A stretch of 64,000 nt of DNA from Sulfuricellaceae bacterium (lineage in GTDB: Bacteria > Pseudomonadota > Gammaproteobacteria > Burkholderiales > UBA9220). Position numbers and translations under genes: made by a program. This document shows positions 56,366-64,000 of the stretch, in pieces (the first letter of the stretch is position 1; every line of letters begins with the position of its first letter). The notes beneath the pieces are model-generated. The model did no database searches, was not told the DNA's origin, and saw nothing but the letters and a program-made list of their open reading frames with translations. The stretch covers positions 808-64,807 of the forward strand of contig JBFXHL010000002.1 of NCBI GenBank assembly GCA_050177075.1, read 5' to 3'.

Positions 56366-57916
56366 ATGAGAGTCTCTACTCCAACCCTCTATGAACGAGG
56401 CATAACGGCGATTCAGGACCAGACCGGCAACCTGCTCAAGATCAACGAGCAGATCGCCGCCATGCGCCGCGTGCTGACGCCGGCGGATGACCCGGTGGCG
56501 GCGGCGCGGGCCATGGAGGTCGCCCAGTCCCAGAGCGCCAACGACCAGTACCTCAACAACCAGAAATCGGCCGGCAACACCCTGGCCCTGGAGGACACCA
56601 CCCTCAGCCAGGTGGGCGATTTGCTCCAGCACATTCGCCAGCTGGCGGTGGACGCCGGCAACGGCGCCTACGACAACACCAACCGTGGCTACATCGCCAA
56701 GGAGCTGCGCAGCAACCTGCAGCAGCTGATGGGATTCGCCAACACCACCGATGGCAACGGCGCCTATCTGTTCTCCGGCTACCAGGGCGGGGTGATTCCT
56801 TTCTCCACTACCGGCGGGGCTTCGGCACCCGTTCAGTACAACGGAGACCAAGGGCAGCGGCTGCTCCAGATCAATGCCTCGCGGCAAATTCCCGTCAGCG
56901 ATTCCGGCGCCGATATCTTCATGAACGTGAAGAACGGCAACGGCACCTTTGCGGCCACACCGGCCGCCACCAACAACGGGACGGGGGTTATCAACACCGG
57001 CAACGTGCTCGATCCCACCAAGTGGAACGCGGCGGGTCTGAGCAAGGACTATTCGGTGAAGTTCCGCACCCTTCCCACCACCATCACCCCCGCGCCCGGC
57101 GCGGGCAACGAGATCGGCATCGCGGATACGGCGGCCTGGAGCGCGACCGGCCAGAGCGTCAACGTGACGTTCAATGCCGGCGGCACTTACACCGTGACCG
57201 ACAAGACCCATGGCACGACCACCGGCCCCATCGCCTACACGGGGGCACCGATCAATATCCAGGGTGCTGGCCTGTCGTTCAACTGGGACCCGGGGGCGGG
57301 AGCTTCCTTCGATATCAGCGGCAGCTCCACCACCTACGACCTCGTCGACAACGTCAGCGGCAATTCCCTCATCACCGGCGCCGCGCCTCCCGCAACGGGC
57401 GCCTATCCGCGCACCTACACCAGCGGCCAGGCCATTCCCTTTTCCAACCTGGCGGTGCCGGCGGTGGGCTCCGACTACGGCGTCGACGTCACCATCGAGG
57501 GCATGCCGGCCAACAACGACAGCTTCAGCGTCAAGGCCAGCAGCAACGAGAGCATGTTCAAGACCATCGACGATTTGGCTACTCTGCTGGAAGCCGGCGT
57601 GCGCGACGGGGCTGGCAGCGACATCGACCGCGCGAAACTGGCCAACGGCATCAACAAGGCCCTGGCAAACCTGTCCAACGACATCGACAAGATTTCCACC
57701 GTGCGGGCTTCGGTGGGATCGCGGATGAACGAGGTGGACGGGGCGAACAACCTGAGCCAGGACATGACCACGGTCTACAAGAAGAATCTCTCCGACCTGC
57801 TGGATCTCGACTTCGCCAAGGCGGTCAGCGACCTGACCCAGCAGCAGGCGAGCCTGGATGCGGCCCAGAAGGCCTATACCCGGGTAACGGGACTGAGTCT
57901 GTTCAACTACCTGTAA
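56366..57916 (+). CDS. flgL: Flagellar hook-associated protein 3 FlgL (long form, 516 aa)
   Basis: MRVSTPTLYERGITAIQ... flagellin-like N-terminus and C-terminus (VRASVGSRMNEVD...), with a Gly/Thr/Asn-rich variable middle. Confidence 0.88.
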   Translation: MRVSTPTLYERGITAIQDQTGNLLKINEQIAAMRRVLTPADDPVAAARAMEVAQSQSANDQYLNNQKSAGNTLALEDTTLSQVGDLLQHIRQLAVDAGNGAYDNTNRGYIAKELRSNLQQLMGFANTTDGNGAYLFSGYQGGVIPFSTTGGASAPVQYNGDQGQRLLQINASRQIPVSDSGADIFMNVKNGNGTFAATPAATNNGTGVINTGNVLDPTKWNAAGLSKDYSVKFRTLPTTITPAPGAGNEIGIADTAAWSATGQSVNVTFNAGGTYTVTDKTHGTTTGPIAYTGAPINIQGAGLSFNWDPGAGASFDISGSSTTYDLVDNVSGNSLITGAAPPATGAYPRTYTSGQAIPFSNLAVPAVGSDYGVDVTIEGMPANNDSFSVKASSNESMFKTIDDLATLLEAGVRDGAGSDIDRAKLANGINKALANLSNDIDKISTVRASVGSRMNEVDGANNLSQDMTTVYKKNLSDLLDLDFAKAVSDLTQQQASLDAAQKAYTRVTGLSLFNYL

Positions 57917-57974
57917 GAGCCTGTCCCAGGCCCGTGCCGCGTCCTGACGGCTGCCGGCCCGCGCCTCGGATTCC

Positions 57975-58805
57975 TTATCCCAGCAGGGGAAGCACGCCCT
58001 CCAGCCCGGCATGGTCCAGGGCGTGGTCGGCGTGCTTTTTTAATGCCGCGCCGGCCCGGAAGGCGATGCCGACGCCGGCCGCCTGCAGCATTGCCAGGTC
58101 GTTGGCGCCGTCGCCGACGGCAGCGCTTTGGCTCATGGACAATCCCAATTCGCGGCATGTCTCCGCCAGGACTTTCGCCTTTCCCGCGGCGTCCAGCAAA
58201 GGTCCGGCAAGACGGCCGGTCAGTTTTCCCCGGCGGATTTCCAGGGTGTTGCAGGCGACGAAATCCAGGCCAAGGTCGGCTTGCAGGCGGTGGGCGAAGT
58301 AGTCGAAGCCGCCGGTGGCGAGGAGGGTCTTGACGCCTCTTCCTTTCAGTTCGGCGAGCAAGGCCCTGGCGCCGGGGTTGGGGCGAACCCTGTCCGCGTA
58401 CACCTGCTCCAGGGCGCTTTCCCCCAAGCCGGCCAGAAGCGCCACCCGCTGGCGGAAGCTGGCGGCGAAATCGATCTCGCCGGCCATGGACAAAGCGGTG
58501 AGGCGGGACACCTCCTCGCCGACGCCGGCCAGCGTCGCCAGGTCGTCGAGGGTCTCGGTGGCGATGAGGGTGGAGTCCATGTCGAAGGCTACCAGGCCGA
58601 AGTCCGACAGGCGGCGTCGCGGCGGCACATAGGCCCAATCCAGCCGGTAGCTGGCGCAGAGTTCCGGCAGGGTGGGATGAGGCGAGGCGCCGTCTAAACG
58701 CCAAGCAGTGGGGGTGAGGCGCCGCCACTCCCCGCCCGGGTAAAGCTCCGCCAGGGCAGGAAGTCGCGGCTCGGGGTCTGTCGACCCCTGCAGGACCAGG
58801 TTCAA
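57975..58805 (-). CDS. serB: Phosphoserine phosphatase SerB
   Basis: 276 aa with HAD motifs FDMDSTLI, KTLLATGG and VGDGANDLAML. Confidence 0.9.
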   Translation of the reverse strand: MNLVLQGSTDPEPRLPALAELYPGGEWRRLTPTAWRLDGASPHPTLPELCASYRLDWAYVPPRRRLSDFGLVAFDMDSTLIATETLDDLATLAGVGEEVSRLTALSMAGEIDFAASFRQRVALLAGLGESALEQVYADRVRPNPGARALLAELKGRGVKTLLATGGFDYFAHRLQADLGLDFVACNTLEIRRGKLTGRLAGPLLDAAGKAKVLAETCRELGLSMSQSAAVGDGANDLAMLQAAGVGIAFRAGAALKKHADHALDHAGLEGVLPLLG

Positions 58806-60046
58806 TCCAGGACGTGGGAAACCAGGCCGTCGGCCAGCTTGGGTTCGAACCAGGTGGACTTGGGCGGCATCACGGCGCCGGCGTCGGCCACCGCCATCAG
58901 GTCCTCCATGCGGGTGGGGAAAAGAGCGAAAGCCAGGGCCATTTCGCCGCTGTCGACGCGCTTTTCCAGTTCATCCAGGCCACGGATGCCGCCGACGAAG
59001 TCGATGCGCTTGTCGCGACGCGGGTCGGTAATGCCGAGAGCCGGGGCGATGAGGTAGTTTTGCAGCAGGCTCACGTCCAGCCTGGCCACGGGGTCGTGGG
59101 AAGGCACCAGGTCGGGGCGGAAAGTGAGCTTGTACCACTGGCCGCCGTGATAGAGGCCGAATTCCCTCGGCTTGGCGGGTTTGACCTGGCCGGGGGCCTT
59201 TTCCACGGCGAAGCACTCCCGCGCCTTGCAGAAAAAATCCTCGCTGCTCAGGCCGTTGAGGTCCTTGATCACCCGGTTGTAGTCCATGATCTTCATCTGG
59301 TGGTGGGGGAAGATCACCGACAGGAAGTAGTTGTAGCTTTCCTCGCCGCTGTGGGCCGGGTTGGCTGCCTTGCGGGCCGCGCACACACGGGAGGCGGCGG
59401 CGGAACGGTGGTGGCCGTCGGCGATGTAGAGGGCGGGCATGGCGTCGAAGAGGGCGGTGACGCGTTCCAACGCGGCGGCGTCGCGGATCACCCAGATGCT
59501 GTGGCGGATGCCGTCGTCGGCGGTGACGTCGGCGTCGGGTTCGCCGGCGCTGGCCTGGGCCAGGATGGCGTCCACCTCGGGAGCGTCGGGGTAGGCCAGC
59601 AGCACCGGGCCGGTTTGGGCGTTGAGGGCGTCCACCTGGCGCACCCGGTCGTCTTCCTTGTCCGGGCGGGTGAATTCGTGCTTGCGGATGCGGTTGGTGT
59701 CGTAGTCCGCCACCGACGCCGCCGCCACCAGGCCGGTCTGGCTGTGGCCGCCCATCACCAGGCGGTAGGCGTAGTAGCAGGGGGCCTCGTCCCGCTTCAG
59801 GACGCCGGCGTCGAGCTGCTTTTTCAGGTTTTCCGCCGCCTTGGCATAGACCTCCGGGGCGTAGGGGTCGGTTTCCGGGGGCAGGTCGATTTCCGGCTTG
59901 GAAATGTGGAGGAAGCTCCAGGGCTTGCCTGCGGCACGGACCCGGGCCTCCTCGGTGGACAGCACGTCGTAGGGCGGGGCGGCCACGTCGGCGGCGCGGC
60001 CGGGGGCGGGGCGAAGACCGGGGAAGGGGCGGATGAGATGGGTCAT
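58802..60046 (-). CDS. DUF1015-family protein
   Basis: Start placed at the ATG at 60046 (MTHLIRPFPGLRPAPGRAADVAAPPYDVLSTEEAR...), the characteristic DUF1015 N-terminus. The 695-aa track ORF is a 5' over-extension into mfd. 4-nt overlap with the serB start. Confidence 0.8.
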   Translation of the reverse strand: MTHLIRPFPGLRPAPGRAADVAAPPYDVLSTEEARVRAAGKPWSFLHISKPEIDLPPETDPYAPEVYAKAAENLKKQLDAGVLKRDEAPCYYAYRLVMGGHSQTGLVAAASVADYDTNRIRKHEFTRPDKEDDRVRQVDALNAQTGPVLLAYPDAPEVDAILAQASAGEPDADVTADDGIRHSIWVIRDAAALERVTALFDAMPALYIADGHHRSAAASRVCAARKAANPAHSGEESYNYFLSVIFPHHQMKIMDYNRVIKDLNGLSSEDFFCKARECFAVEKAPGQVKPAKPREFGLYHGGQWYKLTFRPDLVPSHDPVARLDVSLLQNYLIAPALGITDPRRDKRIDFVGGIRGLDELEKRVDSGEMALAFALFPTRMEDLMAVADAGAVMPPKSTWFEPKLADGLVSHVLD

Positions 60047-60057
60047 GGTCGTGGGCT

Positions 60058-63000
60058 CTAAGTCAGTTCTTTGAGTAAAGCGGTAATGTTGCCGACCCGG
60101 TCCTGGACCTCGGGCATGTCGGCCGTGAGGCGCAGCCGGTCGGGGCCGGCCAGCTTGCAGCCCGGTTTCTGCTGGATGAGGCGGATGATCCGGGCCGGGT
60201 CGATGGGCGGGTTGGGTACGAATTGTACCAGCAGGTTGTCGGCGGCGGCGTCGATTTTGACGATACCCAGGGGCTTGGCCAGCAGGCGCAGGCGGTGGGT
60301 ATCCAGCAGGGCGCGGGCTTCCGGCGGCAGGAGGCCGAAGCGGTCCACCAGTTCCTCCTGGATGGTTTTCAATTCGTCCAGGCTGTCGCAGTGGGCGAGA
60401 CGCTTGTAGAGCACCAGGCGCTCGTGGACGTCGCCGCAGTAATCCTCGGGCAGCAGGGCGGGGACGCGGAGGTTGATGTCGGTGACGGCGTGCAAGGGCT
60501 CGGCCAGGTCCGGCTCCTTGCCCACCTTGAGGCTCGCCACGGCGTGGGCCAGCATTTCGGTGAAAAGGCTGAAACCCACTTCCTGCATCTCGCCGCTCTG
60601 GGACTCCCCCAGCACCTCGCCGGCGCCGCGGATTTCCAGGTCGTGCATGGCGAGGTAGAAGCCGGAGCCCAGTTCCTCCAGGGCCTGGATGGCTTCGAGG
60701 CGTTTTTTCGCCTGGGCGGTGAGGGCGTCCTCGCCGTGGGTCAGCAGGTAGGCGTAGGCCTGGTGGTGGGAGCGCCCCACCCGCCCACGCAATTGGTGCA
60801 ACTGGGCGAGGCCGAAGCGGTCGGCCCGGTTGATCAGGATGGTGTTGGCGGAGGGGACGTGGATGCCGGTCTCGATGATGGTGGTGCACACCAGCAGGTT
60901 GAAGCGCTGGTGGTAGAAGTCCCGCATCACCCGCTCCAGGTCACGCTCCCCCATCTGACCGTGGGCGATGGCGATGCGCGCCTCCGGCAGCAGGCGGGCG
61001 AGCTTGTCGGCCTGGTTCTGGATGGTATCCACCTCGTTGTGGAGGAAATACACCTGGCCGCCCCGCTTCAGTTCCCGCAGCACTGCCTCGCGGATCACGC
61101 CGTCGGAATACTTGGAGACGAAGGTCTTGATGGCCAGGCGCTTTTGCGGCGCGGTGGCGATGACCGAGAACTCCCGCAGGCCCTCCATGGCCATGGCCAG
61201 GGTGCGGGGAATGGGGGTGGCGGTCAGGGTCAGCACGTCCACCTCGGCCCGCAGGGCCTTGAGGCGCTCCTTCTGGCGCACGCCGAAGCGATGCTCCTCG
61301 TCGATGATGACCAGGCCCAGGTTGGCGAACTTCACGTCCTTCTGGATCAGCTTGTGGGTGCCGATGAGGATGTCCAGCTTGCCCTCGGCGATGCCCTTGA
61401 GGGCCTCGCTCTGTTCCTTGGCGGAGCGGAAGCGGGACAGCTCGGCGATCTTCACCGGCCAGTCGGCGAAGCGGTCGGAGAAGGTCTGGAAGTGCTGCTC
61501 GGCGAGCAGGGTGGTGGGCACCAGCACCGCCACCTGCTTGCCGCCGGCCACGGCGGCGAAGGCGGCGCGCAGGGCGACTTCGGTCTTGCCGAAGCCCACG
61601 TCGCCGCACACTAGCCGGTCCATGGGGCGGCCGGAGGCCATGTCCTCCAGCACCGCCTGGATGGCGGCGGCCTGGTCCGGAGTTTCCTCGAAGCCGAAGC
61701 CCGCGGCGAAGGCCTCGTAATCGTGGTGGCTGAACTGGAAGGCGTGGCCCTGGCGGGCGGCGCGGCGGGCGTAGAGGTTGAGCAGTTCCGCCGCCGTGTC
61801 CCACACCTGCTTCATGGCCTTCTTCTTGGCCTTCTCCCACTGGCCGCTGCCCAGCTTGTGCAGCGGCGCGCCCTCGTCGGCGCTGCCGTAGTAGCGGCTG
61901 ATGAGGTGGAGCTGGGACACGGGGACGTAGAGCTTGTCGCCGCCGGCGTATTCCAGGGTGAGGAATTCGGCGACGCCGTCCCCCAGGTCCATGCTCGACA
62001 GCCCCAAGTAGCGGCCGATGCCGTGTTGCTCGTGGACCACCGGGTCGCCGGCCTTGATTTCCGACAGGTCCCGCAGCATGCCCTCGCTGGCGGGGCGGGT
62101 CTTGGCTTCCTTGGCCCGGGCGGGGCGGGCTTCCTGGGCATAGAGCTCGGCTTCGGTAATAAAGGCCGTTGGTTCGTGAGGGGTGAGGAGTGAGGAGTGA
62201 GGAATAATGAAGCCGCCGTGAAGGGGGGCGGCGGCCAGCATGAAGCGCTCGCCACTCGTCTGGAAGGCAGCGAAATCGTCGCAGAGAACCGGCTTGAGGC
62301 CGTATTCGGCGAAGTACTGGTGCATGGTTTCCCGCCGTCCCAGGCTTTCGGCGGTGATCAGGACCCGGCCGCCGAAGCCGTCGAGAAAGGCCCGCAGGCG
62401 GGCGAGGGGATTGTCGGCGCGGCGGTCCACCTGCAGGGGGGGCAGAGGCTGGCTGGCGCTCTCGTCGCCGTGGGCGGCGGAGAGCTCGACCCGGGCGTAG
62501 GGCTTGAGGGCGGCGAAGAAATCGTCCGGGGGCAGGAACAGGTCCTTGGGCGGCAGCAGGGGGCGGTCCCGGTCGCCCGAGAGGAGCCGGTGGCGGCTCT
62601 GGGTGTCCTGCCAGAAACCCTGGACGGCTTCCATCAGGTCGCCGTGGAGGCACAGGGCGGCTTCCTCCGGCAGATAGTCGAAGAGGGTGGCGGTGGCGTC
62701 GAAGAACAGGGGCAGGTAGTACTCGATGCCGCCGGCGGGAATGCCGTTGCTCACGTCCTTGTAGAGGCGGCTTTTCGACGGATCGCCCTCGAAGGATTCG
62801 CGGAATTTCTGCCGGAAATGCTTGATGCCCTCCTCGTCCAGGGGGAACTCCCGCGCCGGCAGCAGCCGGATGTCGTTCACCGGGTAGATGGAGCGCTGGG
62901 TATCCACGTCGAAGGTGCGGATGGATTCGATTTCGTCGCCGAACAAATCGAGACGGTAGGGCACCGGGCTGCCCATGGGGAAGAGGTCGATCAGGCCGCC

Positions 63001-63477
63001 CCGAACGGAATATTCCCCCGGGCTGTAAACCTGGCTCACGTGGTGGTAGCCGGCGACCGTCATCTGTCCGCGCAGGGCGTCCAGGTCCAGCTTCTGCCCC
63101 TTCTTGAGGAAGAAGGTATGGGCCGCCAGGTACTCCACCGGCGCCAGGCGGTAGAGGGTGGTGGTGAGGGGGGCAATCACCACGTCACATTGACGCCGCA
63201 TGATCTGGTAGAGGGTGGCCAGGCGCTCGGACACCAGGTCGTGGTGGGGGGAGAACTGGTCGTAGGGCAGGGTTTCCCAGTCCGGCAGCAGGTGGACCGA
63301 CAGGGCGGGTGCGAACCAGGGAATCTCCTCCCGCAGCCGCCGGGCGTCCTGGGCCGTGGCGGTGACGATGACCAGGGGACGCGCTTGCTCAGCGAGGCGT
63401 GAGAGCAGCAAGGCATCGGCGGAGCCGCGGGGCTGGGAAAGCCGCAGGCGCTGACCGGGTAGGGGAAGAGAATACAT
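60058..63477 (-). CDS. mfd: Transcription-repair coupling factor Mfd
   Basis: 1139 aa. UvrB-homology N-terminus, RNAP-interaction domain (GDPVVHEQHGIGRYLGL), DEAD/DEAH helicase motifs (GDVGFGKTEVA, DEEHRFG) and a TRCF C-terminus. Confidence 0.96.
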   Translation of the reverse strand: MYSLPLPGQRLRLSQPRGSADALLLSRLAEQARPLVIVTATAQDARRLREEIPWFAPALSVHLLPDWETLPYDQFSPHHDLVSERLATLYQIMRRQCDVVIAPLTTTLYRLAPVEYLAAHTFFLKKGQKLDLDALRGQMTVAGYHHVSQVYSPGEYSVRGGLIDLFPMGSPVPYRLDLFGDEIESIRTFDVDTQRSIYPVNDIRLLPAREFPLDEEGIKHFRQKFRESFEGDPSKSRLYKDVSNGIPAGGIEYYLPLFFDATATLFDYLPEEAALCLHGDLMEAVQGFWQDTQSRHRLLSGDRDRPLLPPKDLFLPPDDFFAALKPYARVELSAAHGDESASQPLPPLQVDRRADNPLARLRAFLDGFGGRVLITAESLGRRETMHQYFAEYGLKPVLCDDFAAFQTSGERFMLAAAPLHGGFIIPHSSLLTPHEPTAFITEAELYAQEARPARAKEAKTRPASEGMLRDLSEIKAGDPVVHEQHGIGRYLGLSSMDLGDGVAEFLTLEYAGGDKLYVPVSQLHLISRYYGSADEGAPLHKLGSGQWEKAKKKAMKQVWDTAAELLNLYARRAARQGHAFQFSHHDYEAFAAGFGFEETPDQAAAIQAVLEDMASGRPMDRLVCGDVGFGKTEVALRAAFAAVAGGKQVAVLVPTTLLAEQHFQTFSDRFADWPVKIAELSRFRSAKEQSEALKGIAEGKLDILIGTHKLIQKDVKFANLGLVIIDEEHRFGVRQKERLKALRAEVDVLTLTATPIPRTLAMAMEGLREFSVIATAPQKRLAIKTFVSKYSDGVIREAVLRELKRGGQVYFLHNEVDTIQNQADKLARLLPEARIAIAHGQMGERDLERVMRDFYHQRFNLLVCTTIIETGIHVPSANTILINRADRFGLAQLHQLRGRVGRSHHQAYAYLLTHGEDALTAQAKKRLEAIQALEELGSGFYLAMHDLEIRGAGEVLGESQSGEMQEVGFSLFTEMLAHAVASLKVGKEPDLAEPLHAVTDINLRVPALLPEDYCGDVHERLVLYKRLAHCDSLDELKTIQEELVDRFGLLPPEARALLDTHRLRLLAKPLGIVKIDAAADNLLVQFVPNPPIDPARIIRLIQQKPGCKLAGPDRLRLTADMPEVQDRVGNITALLKELT
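62176..62203. repeat. Tandem heptamer repeat (GTGAGGR) x4 inside mfd
   Basis: GTGAGGG GTGAGGA GTGAGGA GTGAGGA on the plus strand, flanked by unusually AT-rich sequence (GGTAATAAAGG / ATAATGAAG). Encodes IPHSSLLTPHEP on the minus strand. Confidence 0.75.
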
Positions 63478-63516
63478 GGAAGGGACGGCTAAACAACAAA
63501 GGAAACATTATAAGGG

Positions 63517-64000
63517 ATGGCGATGGACTATATAATGGCTGGAAAGAAAGCGTTCCCTATGGCCGAAGAGATTTCTCAACAAGAAAAGGCAATGATTGCC
63601 GCCATGCGCCAGCAGCTCAAGCGCGATTCCCAGGCAAGCTCTGAGGTGGAGGGGGCACTCGGGGGTAACGCCACGCCTCTGGCGGAAGCGGAGCCGATGC
63701 TCTTCGACTTGCAGCCGGAGGGAGCGGAGTCGTCTGGGGTCGAACAACCTTCTCACGCCGTGCCGCCTCGGCAGCCGCAAGAGGGGGATGCCCGCCAGAG
63801 CAAGCGTTACCTGGTGAATTGGCGGGTGGCGGTCGTGAATGAGGATGGCGAGAGCCGCCAAACCTTCTATGGACGCGTTCACGATATTTCTGTCGGCGGG
63901 GTGAGTATCTTCACCGACGATAACCTGGATTTTTCCCAGGAAGTGGTGGTTCTGTTGAGCATTCCTCCCCTGGTTCCTGGCGGCGGGGTCAAAATAGTCG
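63517..64000 (+). CDS. PilZ-domain protein, 5' part (runs off the window end)
   Basis: Open frame from the ATG at 63517 (alternatives 63523 and 63535) to the window end. It is absent from the ORF track because no stop is reached. Contains PilZ signatures RQSKRY...N-21...DISVGGVSIF (RxxxR ... D/NxSxxG). Confidence 0.6.
   Translation, partial: MAMDYIMAGKKAFPMAEEISQQEKAMIAAMRQQLKRDSQASSEVEGALGGNATPLAEAEPMLFDLQPEGAESSGVEQPSHAVPPRQPQEGDARQSKRYLVNWRVAVVNEDGESRQTFYGRVHDISVGGVSIFTDDNLDFSQEVVVLLSIPPLVPGGGVKIV

Noticed and set aside
60047-60889. 5' extension of the DUF1015 ORF (track ORF 58802-60889, 695 aa)
   Set aside because: The extension overlaps the 3' part of mfd in another frame and is Arg/Pro-rich. 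The canonical DUF1015 N-terminus MTHLIRPFPGLRP begins at the internal ATG at 60046.
63508-63882. 124-aa minus-strand ORF upstream of mfd
   Set aside because: The opposite (plus) strand encodes a frame with clear PilZ signatures and sensible codon usage. The minus-strand ORF has no motif and would overlap it completely.

Overview
High-GC (about 64-65%) proteobacterial chromosome, probably betaproteobacterial (inferred from the clpX-lon-hupB-tRNA-ppiD order; not verifiable here). Almost the whole window is coding core genome. No prophage, defence island, CRISPR array or rRNA was seen. Gene order: clpX (3' end), lon, hupB, tRNA-Val, tRNA-Asp and ppiD. Next is a minus-strand chemosensory operon (MCP, STAS, REC-PP2C-kinase, cheY, cheA, cheR, cheD, cheB) with no cheW. 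Then fabI, a Sap/Yej-like peptide ABC importer, mltD, gloB, a methyltransferase, rnhA and dnaQ. Then two tandem TonB-dependent receptors, a periplasmic binding protein and a HAMP-GGDEF-EAL protein. Then a five-gene phosphorelay ending in an Hpt-REC-REC-GGDEF protein. Then flgA, a soluble diguanylate cyclase and flgBCDEFGHIJKL, followed by serB, a DUF1015 gene, mfd and a partial PilZ gene. Most notable: the Che operon wired to a partner-switching module; the uncharacterised receptor-binding protein-GGDEF/EAL unit; c-di-GMP genes around a flg cluster with no flgM/flgN; a 268-bp MITE-like element between flgG and flgH; short heptamer and palindromic repeats at gene junctions and inside genes. All domain calls come from reading the translations by eye, not from searches.
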